From Phoronis australis (taxonomy: Eukaryota > Animalia > Phoronida): a DNA stretch of 64,000 nucleotides. The position numbers and the translations under genes were made by a program. Every line of letters begins with the position of its first letter. The stretch's first letter is position 1. This document shows, piece by piece, positions 38,037-52,210 of the stretch. The notes beneath the pieces are model-generated. The model searched no databases, was not told where the DNA came from, and saw nothing but the letters and a program-made list of their open reading frames with translations. The stretch is from assembly GCA_002633005.1 (NCBI GenBank), contig NMRA01000130.1, forward strand, positions 1-64,000. Reading direction: 5' to 3'.

Positions 38037-38387
38037 GTCGATACTGCTTCTCTGAAGTCTCCACTGCAAAGTTCGGGATTAAATGAGACCCAGTTTAACT
38101 TCCCATCAGCTCCCGCAGGATTGAAGCCCTGCTTCGCCGACAATCCAGTATTTGAAATTGAGGATATCGCCGAAGATCCAAAACAAGACGAACCCATACA
38201 GAGCTTGCCAGATAGTGGCATCAATTCGCCGACATCGAAGGGATCTTTGAGCGATCAAGGAAGCGATTCTGACGCCAAAGACAGATACCGAGCGACCGAC
38301 ACAGTTGAAGTTGCTATAGAAATTGACGAAGAATCCAAGAGAAATGGAAAAGGGACGGACATTCTCAATGGTCATACAAAATTGTAA
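38037..38387 (+). CDS. DUOXA: DUOXA-a terminal exon 8 (cytosolic tail)
   Basis: cgttctag| phase 0, open for 117 codons: VDTASLKSP…ADNPVFEIED…DSGINSP…NGHTKL*. Summed CDS is 1290 nt. Confidence 0.78.
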   Translation, partial: VDTASLKSPLQSSGLNETQFNFPSAPAGLKPCFADNPVFEIEDIAEDPKQDEPIQSLPDSGINSPTSKGSLSDQGSDSDAKDRYRATDTVEVAIEIDEESKRNGKGTDILNGHTKL

Positions 38388-39971
38388 TCGACATTCTCAT
38401 CACGAACAAATTTTCTTGAAGTCGAACCGACCAGAACAAACTTTGATGATGTTTATGGTTTCTTTGCAAAAGTTACGCGTTCGAACCGACAGCATTCTTT
38501 TCTCATTAATGTAATTCCCATGATAAAGGAACGATGTCTGTACGAAAGGACCTGTAATTCTTGTAAACACGTGTTCGTAAGATAAGAATTGTAGTGTTAA
38601 AAACAGCTCTTAAGAAAATTTGTTCAATAGCAACAACAGGCTATAGTGGTAGCGCTTGTACTGTTCGTTACTGGGTCTTGCAAGGCAACATCATCGTGTT
38701 CTTGTCTTTGATTTGAACAGGGGACTTTTCATATTGGCGCTCTCTAGAGTAATGAGAGCACGAAAATGATTGATCCCGACTCAGATTTGGTGGACAGACA
38801 TTCAATTACTACATAAGGGTTCATTAATTTAAAAGCAGAGGAATACATTCCACTGTCAGCATTTCCATTGTTTGTTTAGTTTAACTTTACAAAATTTATG
38901 TTAGCTCTTTGACACCTGCTGGGATCGAAATTTTCAAGCTTTATCAGCCGCACTCAAAGGTTTTGTCGCGGATATCATAGCATTGGGAAATTTGTGGAAC
39001 ACGATGTACTTTTTCATACATTGATATTTCAAAATTTTTACCTTTTTGTAAGACATTAGTGCATCCCACTCCACCACAGACGGTGTTTTTGTCGCCTTTA
39101 TTATGTGTTAAAAAGCTTTTTATGCCTTCCGCACGTATTATATGGGAAACGTTGGTGGCGCTGAACACTTCTACATGTACATCGTCTGGCGGGTTAGTGA
39201 ATTTCAATATGGCGTAGCTGTTTAAGTCATCTTTTGAAATTTTACTACAGTAACAACCTGTCACTTCTTCTCAAGCCCAGAAACCTTTTCTAATCGGGAG
39301 AAAATGGAGAAGATTTTATAACGGCAATTGGCCTAAATCGAAATGCTTTAACCGAAGGAGCGAGTTTGCTATAAACTTTCAGTCACGACTTTTCATTGTG
39401 GAATTGATCTTGAATTGTAGCATAGTCTAATAGGAGCTGATTTTAGGACTTCAGAAAAAATGGCGGGTCGTCGGGGCTTGAGATGCCGCCAAATAAAATT
39501 AAAATGCCAAAATCAAAAAATTTAGTACTTAGGCCTCATTTACCTTGCTTTGGGAATTCCTAAGCATCTGCATATGGACTTGGTCAATCCTAATCTTTTT
39601 GAACTTCCACGGAGCATACAATGGGTACAACAGTTGTAGGAGCACACAAATTAATCCAAACACATATTTTGATAAATATTCCAAGTGCTAATCTGCCCCT
39701 GTGGCTGGCTGAATCGGAAAAAGTCCAAGACCTGAAAGATTTTGGAAAATGTGTGGGTCCAAATCGCGTCATATTACTGGCAGACACCTCATCACTAAAC
39801 TTTTGAATTGCCTTTTTAAAATACTTTTTCTTTTACATTCACCATTTTAGAACAAAGGAGGAGTTTCGTCAGTCCAAAGATATCCCTGGAGTATGAACAC
39901 TCCGTAACTTTCATCCCCGTTTGTGTTTCCCTTATTTTACTTTTTTCAAACGTTTTTAAATGTGCGGGATA

Positions 39972-40228
39972 ACCGCTTAAACCTCATTACAGATGGCGGT
40001 CGGTGAGTACCCATAATGCATGAGTCAGTTGTCAGTCACTAAGACGGTCATTTTAGTTGGAGGTGCACCACTAAAATAAAAAATATAAATACGAATATCA
40101 TACTAAATTCGACAAATTGAATTTGTGTTGAATGAACATTATTTGGGCTTATGTTGCGTGTAAATTAACTTGTGCTAAAAATCCGTTTTATGAAGGGTTT
40201 AACTAAAATGAAGCGGAAAGAGTTTCTT
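39972..40228. repeat. Old interspersed repeat; inverted copy of 24535-24792
   Basis: cctcattacagatggcgg…aaatccgttttatgaa…tttaactaaaatgaa. Confidence 0.7.
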
Positions 40229-41850
40229 TATAAGAGATTGCGCGTGCGCCTCTCTGATTGACCATTGACAAGTATGGATTTCAACAGCAAGTCTTGCTTT
40301 ACAATTTGCACTTGTGAGAAGAGCTAATTCAAGGTATAGTGGTGTATTGTTGGCGCGTTAAACGTCTAAACATATTTTGTTTACTTCTTTAAACCTTCTC
40401 ATTAACGTGTTTTATTTAGAGGGTCGTCCTTTGTTGGTGAACGATTTATTCTCCGTACCATCAATTCTTCAGTCGAAGCGTCGATGAATGTTTTATTGGG
40501 CGAAATAATTTCCAAGAAATGAAAATAAGATGTGGAGATATACCAAACTTTCAATTTATGAAGGAAAGTATACGTCGCAAAACCACGACCACTATGCTTT
40601 GTTCCCCAGACTCGACTCAAAAATGGACAAACCGCGTGCCACGCAAGTGATGGGTTAATTTTCGAGTTGAGTCTCGAATGGTGAAAATTCCACAAAATGC
40701 TGTGTAGGCTAATTGCAGGCTCAATAGCCCCCATAGTGAACTCTGAGCCTCTGACATGTTAAAACTACATGAGGGTTCAAAAATTCATCGGCTTGACTTC
40801 ATTTTTGACCGCCTGACCTTTACTGCACCAGTAACTATCTATTTGTTACCATATTCAATTAAGTGTGTCTCATTCAGTTTTTGTATGACATCTTGAATAA
40901 GAGCTGAGGCAGTATTGAGAACCAAGATGGTGTCAGGTTGGCGGTCGTCTGCTTGGTAAGATAACAGTTCATTAAAACTCAAAAGTTGCTTAAAACGAAG
41001 ACTAACAGCGTTTTAGAGATTCCATCTTGCTCAGTTACATTAAATGGAATTTCGTCATGTTATTGATAACGTTGTTTTGCCTTGAATGTATCTTTCTTTT
41101 TCGCTGTATTTTATGAAAAGAACATGGTCATGTGATCCAATTATTGACAGATCGGTTTAGAAGTAATAAAAGCCTCTAGTATTGATATTTGCAGAAAATA
41201 TATACTTTTACAGAGCTAATTTCAATAGTTGTCGATAACGGTCTACATAATAATAAGTTTGTTGAAAAACAGAAAGTGGTAGGAAAATTTGTCACTTGAT
41301 GTCGATACTAAAATTTTGTGGGGCTGAGACTGAAGTCGCCATCAGCAATCTGAGGTCGTCAGCTGGTATTTTCCAAAATTGAACGTTGCAAGGTGTGTTG
41401 CATATGGTCACCGGCCTCAATGTCTCGAATTGACTGACAATTTAATTTGTTTGAATTTGCCGGATTTTTCGGCCTTCGAAATCGTGCGTATTTTTGCTTT
41501 AAAACATTACCACGTCCTGTTACAGTTTTGGACGACCATAGCAAAAACGTCTGAACATCAAACTTCATTATGTTACGTTTCGGACGATTTCGTTTCAATA
41601 TCTTCAACGTTACAACTTTAAAGAATCGCACTGGCAATACCGTCACGCAGTGCCCCCACGCGGTGACATTGAGAAGTGTAGTCCCGAAGAGTATTGAGAT
41701 CAAGATCAATCGCAACAGACCATGTCTCAATAAAATTATGACTCCCTTTCTCCAGTACGAGCTTCAGGAGCATCTTTATTGAATGAAAATGTAGCCTGGT
41801 TTTGGTAAACGGGATTTTGAAAAAACTTTTTCACAACAAGTCGTAACCTG

Positions 41851-42009
41851 CCTCCCGTTCAGTAACACTTGGACCTCGCTAAAAAGCAAGACTTCGCGAG
41901 ATTACGTGAGACACTGCCTTGTATTTTAAATGAGAGCACGTGACTTTGACTAAATTTTAGCTACAGTAAGTCCTAGCGAAGGTCCTAGCATTACTGAACG
42001 CACGCCTGG
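41851..42009. mobile_element. Short MITE, copy 2
   Basis: Aligns end to end with 20411-20565. Confidence 0.8.
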
Positions 42010-43152
42010 ACTAATGCTAACTGACTGACTCGATTGTTCACGACAGTTTTATTGTAAACAACACTACTCTGTTTTCCTGTGATTGATGGTTTTATCAAAT
42101 ATGTTATATGTTTTTCTTACTATGGCATTATTGTTAACTGATATATACATCTGGACATGCGCTGTTAGAGATCGCATTGGAAATGAGCCAAACAGCTAGC
42201 AGGTGTTACCCTTGACCAGACTCAAGATCCGACAACACTTTTTTATGTGAACGAATTTCGTGAAATGAAAAGAATTGAACTGCTTTCTACGTGCATATTA
42301 TCGTAAAGACAAATTGGACATCTAACGTTTGTAATTGGAACCAATATCCGTTGACGAAAATATTTGTAAAAAAGTGGGGATCTCAGCACTGTTTACTGAA
42401 AGCGGTACGGTCGAGTGATGCAAGGTCTTGTTACCTGTTTCCACGTGTTTTTTTCCCTTTAGTTACTTTGATTAACCCGTATCCAGTTGACAAATGATAT
42501 ACGAGTTATAGATTAGGAGAAACAGTTCTTTGAATTAACCTTAAACTAATTTATCCCCGTGAATGACAGGTTTCGCCCTTGGTAAATCAGGCAGACGCTT
42601 GTAATATGTCGACCCAAGATGACCGTCTGCTCATATCACATTGTGTACTTAACATTTTTTCTTCCACGTTCTGGAGACAAGACAACATTGGCCTGTTAAC
42701 CATTCTACATAAATATGCGCGCGCATCATTGAGCATCTAGATTTGTGGGAAGGTTGGAAAGAAATTACGAAGGCCTGTGTGCTGTGTTCGTTTACATGAT
42801 AGCTTGTCTGTGTCTTAACCCGGAATACAATGTTAACCGCACAAGTTTCTTGAGCGACATCAGTTTCATATGAGGCGGAATTTCCGATGTTTATTCATTA
42901 AGCAAGCTATTATTTTTGTCCGTAGTAGTAGCAGCAGCAGTAGTAGTAGTAGTAGAAGTAGGCCTAGTACTGAGCAGTACGTACACATGTCTCACTGAAT
43001 GCTGTTTTCTTGTTTTGTCTAGTTTAGATTGTTTTCAATAAATGCACGTGCTACTGAACAAACAAAACAATATGATCTGCCGATCCTAGCTTCCTAAGTG
43101 TCCTCTCGTAAGTTCGGAATAACACGGGCTCTTGGATTGGCACCATAGACTA

Positions 43153-44163
43153 CATAGGCGGATTTACGGGGGGCCAGGGGGCGCGGCCCCCCCCCCCCTT
43201 GGCTGCCGCAAAAAAAAATAAAACAGTAAGAACGTAGGGAAATGGTGAGTTTATTAATTAACCCCGGTAATTAAAATTATACGGATGAAAAAAGATTTAA
43301 ATGTGTGCAGTTTTAGTGTTGGGGGGGGGGCTCAAATCCAATTTCAGGTGTCAAATTCGGAACACGGCGCGTTCGTAACGGAACTATGGCTAAGTATAGA
43401 ATCTCCCGCGATATCCTAGGCGACCGGCAGCGGCGCTGTTCACTACGACTCCGTTTCCGTCGTCTGCTCCACTGTGCAATGAAGAAAATTTACTTCATTT
43501 TTTAAAGAAAATGGAACCTGAGTGACGATGAAAAAACAGAAGCTGCTGGTAAGATGTGAATTTTAATCGAAGCCTTAGTGAATCACTCAGAAACTCGCAA
43601 TACTCTCTTTGTCAAACCTTATCTTAAGACGGTTTCCAAAGCAATTCCTTCATTATTGCTAACACGAAAAATGGATTTGGTCTTTTGGGCATTTGAAGAC
43701 TATTTCAAATACGACAAATTTGTTAAGAATTGATGGCACAAAATATAAAACGTGTAATAAACATTACAAAAAGGAGTAGGTTTCGCGCGCAAACGCTGTG
43801 GCCCATAATCAAGTAAGTCTTTTAGTATGGTAGGTGTAGTCAAATCGTGGTGGTGTAGTGGTAACGTACGCGCGCACTGTCCGCCAGGTCGTGAGTTTGA
43901 GTCTTTGATACTTGCATTTTTTTTCCTGTTTGACACGCTCTCCGTGTTTTTTTTTTGCCATTTTTTCTTGGATAATACTTCAGGAATCAAGGAAAATGCT
44001 TGATTTTTAGAGGTAGAAACAGAAAAATTTCCTGGGCAAACCCCCCTCCCGTCCTCCCCCCATTCGGTGCTATGGGCATCTACATTCGTGGTTCAGTTTG
44101 CGCAAATGCTTCCAACCGGACAAAATGTTGCCCCCCCCTTGTGATATCCTAAATCCGCCACTG
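43153..44163. mobile_element. ~1-kb non-autonomous DNA transposon with 5-bp TSD (GACTA)
   Basis: gacta|cataggcggattta…taaatccgccactg|gacta; partial second copy at 28774-29118. Confidence 0.9.
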
Positions 44164-46094
44164 GACTATAGTACATGGACCGCCTGCAACTCCGTATATT
44201 TTCAATGGACGAAATCTGTGATCATACGCATAAGCAGTGACGTCATTATCCACTAGCGACACCTGGCAAAATTAGCAAGTTTTATTTGCTTCCGGCAAGT
44301 ACGTCGTCAGCTGATCATGGTCGGCTGTTGTGTGGTCGGCTGTTCAATCAATTTTGTAATTACATGACCAGTAGCATAGTGTCAAAAGTACTCACGATAC
44401 CAACAGTTCTACTATTGGAAGACTTTGAACAGCGTTTCAATGTCGAATTTTTCCGTTGTACTAGATAGTAAAACAGATGCGAGAATTTTCCGTTACAATA
44501 TACTAACCCCAAACAAATTGGTAATTTAGGAGGGTGGCGCTTCCTCTAGGATATTTCGCAAGAAAATGTCGGAGTTGCGAATCTGTTGTCTATAATCTAT
44601 GTTGGCACACAGTGCAATATGTCTGCAACAAGTGTGCTGAGCAATCTCGAGTCTTGTAATTTTCCTTCCACTACCAATAATGTAGTGAAAATCTTACAGT
44701 TTTGTGATGAGAAACCACACTCAATTTCAAACTGATGTAGTACACCAACCTTCCTGCCTTTAATGGTTGTAGCCATCCGAGCCTTAGTACACGACACTAT
44801 GTTGTGCATGAGCATTGCAAGGCATTGTCTATTCGATTGTCAATGCCTCTTACAGCTCTTACAATGTTTTAGAAGTATCAGTCATTAAATTTGACAGCTC
44901 GAATCACAACCGCCAAGACACGGGACAAGAACGGATCCTGAAATTCTACACTTTAGGTCTTGCGATACTGTATTTTGTATTTCCAATAGAGGCCTCTGCA
45001 TGTTTGTTTTTCACAACACTTTTAAGTTTTCGTAAGGAGTTATTTTAGATTAATCTCGTCTGGCAATGACCGCCGAAGTTGAAGGAATAAGTGTAAATTA
45101 TGTGTTCACGTACATATGTTCTCTTGGTTTTTGCAATGAACGTTGGTAAGCTATTGCAGTATTCGCCAAGACGAAGAGCCTGGGTTATTCCAAACTTACG
45201 AGATGACTCAGAAGCTAAAATCGGAAATTTGTTCGTTGTCCAATAGCACTTGTATTAAAGAAAATGTGCTGCTAATGTTCACAAATGTTTGTCTTCAGTT
45301 GGAAACAGATCAACATCTTCCACTTTCACGGATAATCAGCCTTAGTGAAAATGAGCTACTTGTTTTCCCGTGAACACTCTAAACACGTGACTCAGTGTGC
45401 GAACGTGTGGTAAGCTGAAACGTCAAAGACTTGACCCGAAACTCAACTAAACCGGAACAGTAACCTAGCATGCTACAATGGATGATACCCATGTTTCCTT
45501 GGCCTCAGTGAACGCGACCGATATCATTTTATCAAGTCGGGAATACAGCTCTGATTAGGCTACATATCATTGAATGTCGCTTAGTTCGTAGTCGATAAAC
45601 ACCTGATACGGTTATTCTTAATATTAGACTACATTTATATAGTTCCCTATTACGTGCAAGTTCAACAGGGCAGGATTAAAGTTTGTTAAAACGAAATCGT
45701 CGTTTATAACAACAGCCCATGTGTTCCACAACAAACGAACAGGAAGTGGCATTACCATGATAAAAACGAAACGAATATTTACAATAGACTTCATGGTGAA
45801 TAGAATCTCAGACTGTGACTGTGAAAACTTGTTACACAAAACACACGTGTGAATTTAGCTTAGTTTTGGAATTTTCTAGGTAGTCGCGGCAGAGACAGAA
45901 ATGCTGTTAACTTCATAAGGCTTACCGTTTTACAAACACCAAGCAGCAATTTTAAAAGTCCAGCAGATAAAACTATGTCACAAGGTGCTATTGCTGTTTC
46001 TTGCTGAAATTCGTGTTGTTAGAACCACATGTGACGACACCACTGGTTACAAAACGCAGTGTAACTTATATAACGGGAGAGTAATATAGGCCTA

Positions 46095-46948
46095 CAAGGT
46101 GTCTCAAAATAGATAAAAACACATTGCAGCATTTTAGCTCAAGAAATCTCCAAAAGACAACACTGCAAGTATAACCTTGAAAGAAAAATTTTTCAGGTAA
46201 ACTTTAGGCCAGTAACCATGAATTTCAGTCCACCTGACATACTTTTCCTTCTTGACGGCACGGATCTGCTGGATGCTGTCCCCTCTATATAGTGCGAGGG
46301 ATCGACAGCACTTCATCAGAGGCTTGTGTACCCCCGGAACACTCTTTTCTTGTTTTTGAATTGTCCAGAGAAGAACACGTCAGCTTGGTCGCCGAATAAA
46401 TCATCGTCAAGAAAGTCACAATCCTCATCGATCGAACCACCAGCACCTCACAGTGTGCTTTGGTGTGTCAGCTTAGACGCGAGTCTATGTTTTACCTCAG
46501 AATTTTGTATAGAACTGCTACATATACTTGTTGCACCTATGTTTGTGAACGACCAGCTCATAGATATGTTTTCCAATACATTTTTGATCTTACAGAGTAT
46601 CTCGCTGTATCCATATTGTCAAGAGAACTTGTTGACCCTTTCCTGCCAGATCTTGGCGCTTGTCGTTTCTTACTCAGGTTTTTATCATTTTAATGCCTTG
46701 AAACTTGTGTACTAAAAAATAAAGTTTGTCTTTCCGGGTAGTTGTGAAAGTCCGCTTGTACCGTTTTAAAGGATTTTGTTTAAAAACAATTAGCGATGAA
46801 AATATCTTCTTCTTTTTAAGGCATTTTGACTAGTGTTAATAAGTTTGATAGTTGCCTATTTTCAAATTTTAAAAAATAAAAGCAATACCTTCATTAATGG
46901 CTAAATTGTTGGCAGTGACATGGGTTGCAGGTATTTTGGGACACCCTG
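46095..46948 (-). mobile_element. Decayed Tc1/mariner-superfamily transposon with an internally deleted transposase pseudogene
   Basis: TA|caaggtgtctcaaaat…attttgggacaccctg|TA. Frameshifted minus-strand remnants KSFKTVQADF, NLSKKRQAPRSGRK and IDEDCDFLDDDLFGDQADVFFSG resemble the HTH region and FSDEAHF motif. Confidence 0.8.
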
Positions 46949-49836
46949 TATAATGAAGGTAAGGAAATTCTTGATGTGAAGTTGAAATTGTAAACGTAAA
47001 AAGACGCATTTACGTATTTCTCCTGATCTTGAAGTGTCGGTAATATATTAATCATTTATCTCGTGCGTGCGTTTTTGTCAACATAAAAACAGTAAATGGT
47101 CATGTATTTTTGCATATTTTTTAGATCAACGTGAGTTTCCACAGGTCATTCGATGCATTCACAAAGGTAATAATTACCTTTTTGAAGGCGTTGTGGTCAA
47201 TTCAACAAATTTTACGTATCATTATATAAAATCAGCAAAAGTAACAAATTTTGAAACGGGTAGTGTGTTTCCAACGGATTTTCGACACCTATAAACATGC
47301 ACAGCCAACCCCAGTTAATTCAGGACACGAAGGCTTAGACTTTGGTAAAAATATTTATAAAAATATCAGTTATCAACTCACTGAAACATAATAACCTGTG
47401 AGCGCCCTATACTTAAGTAATTCATGACAATAATATATGCGCAAATATCGAGGACTGCAAAGTTCACTTTAATTTAATGGCCAAAGCAGTTCGCATATTT
47501 TAAACAAAATCTGCATATTGGCTTAAAAATTTTTTATCAATTAGCTGAGAAAGACTGCGTCGAGATTAAACTGACTAAATACTCATGCATGCCTCCAGCT
47601 AACTCTAATCTATTATAGCTAGTGTATCTCTGATGTCGGCACAACATATAACTCAAAAGCTGTCTTACCTGATAGAAGTTGGAACCAGCACTGCTGCGAC
47701 AACTTTTCATTGAATATCTTTGCCTGTAATGGTGAAATTATCACATTTTGTCAGTAAGAGGTTTAGTAGACAGCGATACTTGAAAATAACACAGGTGACC
47801 TGGGACCGTACCTCCTTCGATACGAGGAAACGCCGGCGAGATACCACGACACATTTGCATCAGTTATTGTTCGAAATATTTACCTAAGTAACATTAATCA
47901 ACGGGTCTCGTAGAATATCGTTATCTATGACATCAAAGCTAATACATTTTGGTGGCACCAGTCAAAACGCACGTCGACAAATTCTTCTACTCGTGTCACG
48001 TCACTGCAATCGAATTTGCGATTTGGACGCGAGAGCAACCTTAGAATCCTGTTTTGGTTTTAATGATACACTGGTGTGTTTTGGAAATCACTTACCATTG
48101 AATTAGACATAGACACAGAGGACACAGACGGTAGGTAATACAGAGTTCTTCTTACTGTGAGAAACACAGTTCGAAAGTAATGAATGATACTAGAAGTAGC
48201 TTCAAGTTCAAATACATTCGTCTTGTCCTAATATTAAATACATTTTATCGGGTCATTAATTCCTCTACGTTCCTGTGTTCATGATCAAACCAGGAGTTGA
48301 AAATGTGAAAATAATGTCAACGTTTTAAAATAATCATGAGGTGGTGATACGTTGACCACAGACTTCTGATTTCGCAATTATAACGGAGTTCGTCGTGAAT
48401 TACCCATATTGCCGTAAGTAACGTACAATGCCTGCCAAACATTAGACAACTTTGGTAAACGCGAAACATGGACACGGTGATCGAGGCAAAATTTGCTGGT
48501 TTCTTCGCGTGTACTCTAGTTGAACGTAAGCATTGACGTGTTTAAAATCCCATTTCAACTGTTTATGCCTTAAAATGCCCAATAAATAACTTTAAATGAT
48601 CTGACATAAATGCATGACAATCATCACTCAAAATAAAATGTGACTGAGATGAAATACCCGGCTTACTAATTTAAGTTACACGACTGTGTCAAAGGGGCCC
48701 AGGTAGGGAGAGAATTTTGAAACCAGTATTTGAGGTAAGGCATGTATCTGTGAAGTTATACTGGCGTATTCTATTCCTTCGCTTGTTCTTTTGGGTTTGC
48801 TTTGATTCCCTTTATAAAATGTAAGCGTCACGTCTTCCAGACGGAAGTGACAACACTCTTTCCCGAGTATTACAGACTGTTGTCAATTCCGACAAAGTGT
48901 TTGTCGAATCGTTCATTTTTTTAAGAAAGGAAAGACCAGGAGACACGTGACCTGACCTTTATTTGGCCGCTATCTCCCATTTAAGTCACTGACCTATGAT
49001 GTACACAATAAAATTATGTAAAGAAAATCAGCATTTTGCATTTCCGGGCCCCGTTTCATGAACACCGTCTTAAGGTACTTGTGAACCTTGTTTACCAGGT
49101 TGTACTTATGTGCAAATATCTTAAATCTTGTTAGCTCTAACCTCTACAAAGTATATATTTTCTGAAAAGAGAATAAATTTCCTAACAAAATTTATTATTC
49201 TTATTTACAAACCACGCTTTCGCCACCTGTTGCGAATACACAAATCTAAGCGAGGCGGCGTGTGAAATACGATTTTCAAGAATAATCTTAGTCTTGAAAA
49301 CCTAAATGAGGAATTGTGTACATTTTGGGTGCAACTGGGATCTCGTTTGCGTGCAAACACCTTGGTATGGATGGAAAAAATCATTTCGTATATGCCGGTA
49401 AGTCGATTTGCTCGTTCTGGAATTGAAAGCAGGCGATCTTAAATTTTACGTTATTTATTGAGATTAGTTAGTAAAGCAGTTTACAGTGATAATAGTCCTA
49501 AATTTTTGGTCATTTAAACCAAAAGTCCTATTTTAAGCCTACTTCAAAGCAAGCTAACTTTTGGTCTTAGCTTAGACCGATTTCAGTCTTAATTTTTGTG
49601 TGTGAGAAATTCCATCAAACGGGGCTACATCATTTTGGTATTAGGCCTAAGTTAGTCCGATTTTGGTCAATGTTACGAAAGAAGAAGTTCCCTGCCTCAC
49701 CCAGTCTGTTATGAATTAGACAGACTTGTGTTTTACAAATGTCAACAAAATGCTGGAAGCACTGTTCAAAATGCGTTTGCATGTGCGCGTTCAGACACCA
49801 GACATTGTTGTGTGGAATAAAGGTCTGTCCACAATG

Positions 49837-49894
49837 GCAAACTCTACCAAACTTCACCAAACTCGGAGTTTGGTGAAGTTTTGACGAGTTTGGC
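49837..49894. repeat. Palindrome of caaact/agtttg units (probably a MITE core)
   Basis: gcaaactctaccaaacttcaccaaactc-g-gagtttggtgaagttttgacgagtttggc. Confidence 0.75.
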
Positions 49895-50555
49895 AACCAA
49901 TCCCCATTAGCAAACTCTGCAAAAATTTCCTGTGTGCAGGCTGCCATTTTGAACACTGAAAATCACATGATTTTTAGCTACTTGCTGATTGGTTATTATT
50001 CACCAAACTCAGTTGGTAAGAGGCGGTTATGAAGTTGGGGAATGGGGCAAGATGTTCGAATCTACAACCGTGGGAAAACATCATTTTTTGTAATCTTTCC
50101 TGTTTATATTATTTTAAGACAGCGATCTTCTGACTAGTACACCAGAACGATTAACAGAATTTGTGAAATGAAATGAAACAAAATTTTAGAATCAACATAC
50201 CATTGTACGATGCTCGAAACCTGCATGACTGAAGAACCAAACATTTGGAGTTCAGATGCATGGGATAGAGTCGGTGGTCACAGTCTTCCAAAACTCCCTC
50301 GTAAAGTATACATATTGTTCCGTACATTTTCTTGCCATAAGTTCTGCGACAATTTGTACACGGTATAAGCGCGGGCCATAGTGCTTTAAATAGTTTTCTC
50401 AAACCAATGAAATCATTTTTGCAGATTATGTTATATTTTAAGGATACAAACAAAACTTGTAAACATTTCGTATTGTCGTGTTGTTACTGACATTTACTTG
50501 TGAGGTGTGCGACCAAAATACGCCAATTTTATCGTGTACGTTTTGCAGATTCTCC

Positions 50556-50723
50556 ATGGCGCCATCTGGCTTCGACTTATTCCGTCAGAAGGGTCAGCCT
50601 TCGTACTACGAGTCCCAGCAAGTAGCGGCGATTGGAGACAAACAAAGTCTTGCCATCCTATTCGCGTGCCTCATTGCGGTGATTGCGTGTTTTGTGTTTG
50701 TACTTGGCACGCATGGAAAGGAG
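50556..50723 (+). CDS. DUOXA: DUOX maturation factor paralog b, coding exon 1 (exon starts at 50549)
   Basis: ttttgcag|attctccATG. MAPSGFDLFRQKGQPSYY…TM1…LGTHGKE|gtgtgt, phase 0; homologous to paralog a exon 1. Confidence 0.92.
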
Positions 50724-51975
50724 GTGTGTTCTCAACTATTACAACGTCTTTGGATGTTAAATACGAGAGATAACCATCTTGAATGGTTTATAAGCAAAGC
50801 CCGCACGTGCGTTTCCCGCGAGCTAAATTAATTTCATTAGTAACACCATCAGCTACTGAAAGGCGCAGTAAACCCGTGCCTTCCGTCAAAAAGCAGCTAT
50901 ATAAGCCTCGTACCGATATAGAGTCGGTCTCAATCTCCTTCCTTTATCGAATTTGAAATGATTTTTAGGCGTGAGAACGACACAGTTGACGTAGTAAGCT
51001 GCTTGTCACGGCGGGTTAGTCTCAGTCGCATAAGTTGCATAACCCAAAACGGCCATTCTATGCGTTTTATTGTAACTAGTTTCAATTCAAGCATTGTATA
51101 CGGATACGATGACGCTGCTCTGGAAAATCAAATTCGTTTGCGAGGAAAATTGTATGCACCACCAGCATAAGATTTACAGTGGACTAAAATATGAAGAAAA
51201 GCAGATTAAAACAACTATCGTTGAGTTACTTTTTATGACTTCCGCGTTGTCAAGATACACCAATGAAAAAGGTTAGGCGTGTTTCAAGCATGATCGCCCC
51301 ATATATCATGTTCATGTGCATGACAGTGACGTAAAGTCACGAACTAAATCAAGGATACGAAATCAGATGACCGTTTTACAACACAATTTTCACCAACGTT
51401 GTCTACCTGATAAAATGTTGGACAAAAAATAATGTTTCGCACCTTTAGTGCTGATAATAGAGTGTGTGTTTTCTATAAAACAGTCACACAGCTGCATAAT
51501 CTTGCCAAATATCGGAATCTATGACCAAACAGTGATATTGACTTTGACCCCATTTTCGATTGTACACTGTAACTGCTCTATCTCGCGTAAGAAGGCCGCA
51601 GTGTTTTTTACCTCTATGAATTAGAGTTCTATCTAAGATGGGACTATTGACTATGCCAGCCGCGCATAGAACAGGGGGTTCTGGGTTGAAAACGACATCA
51701 CATACCGATGATTCTCCCATAGGAAATATCAGACCCTGTCGCAAGGCGATTTCACCAGAACGTAATAATGGTCTGCGGTGTAAACAAAAGTATGGCGACT
51801 ATATGTGATTATTGTATTTTTAAGATATCCATTGGAAACTGGATTGGATCACCGAACAACACTGTTAACTTGAGATTTTTTATGATGGCTCCAAACCAGT
51901 GTGAAATTTGGCGTCAGTATCCAAAAACGTCGCCGACGCCTGTAACATAGGTTTAATACCGGGAGTAGCAAATGG

Positions 51976-52210
51976 CATGCGCGTACCCAGCGGGGGGGGC
52001 TCGGGTACGCCCCCCATTTGGCGAAGAGGGCAAAAAGGTCCACCACAAAGAAACGAAAACTCAGAAAAGTACAAATCGAAACAAAAGTCAGCTAAAATTC
52101 GGTGAATGCATAATTTATAGCTCTGAACGTACCCCGTGAATCTTAGTAAAAACTCCACGTTCTCATAAATTCGAGCCCCACCCCCTCATTTTAGGCTGGG
52201 TGCACGCATG
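51976..52210. mobile_element. MITE related to 35391-35647
   Basis: TIR catgcgcgtacccagc…gctgggtgcacgcatg; shared internal accccgtgaatcttagtaaaaa; no TSD preserved. Confidence 0.8.
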
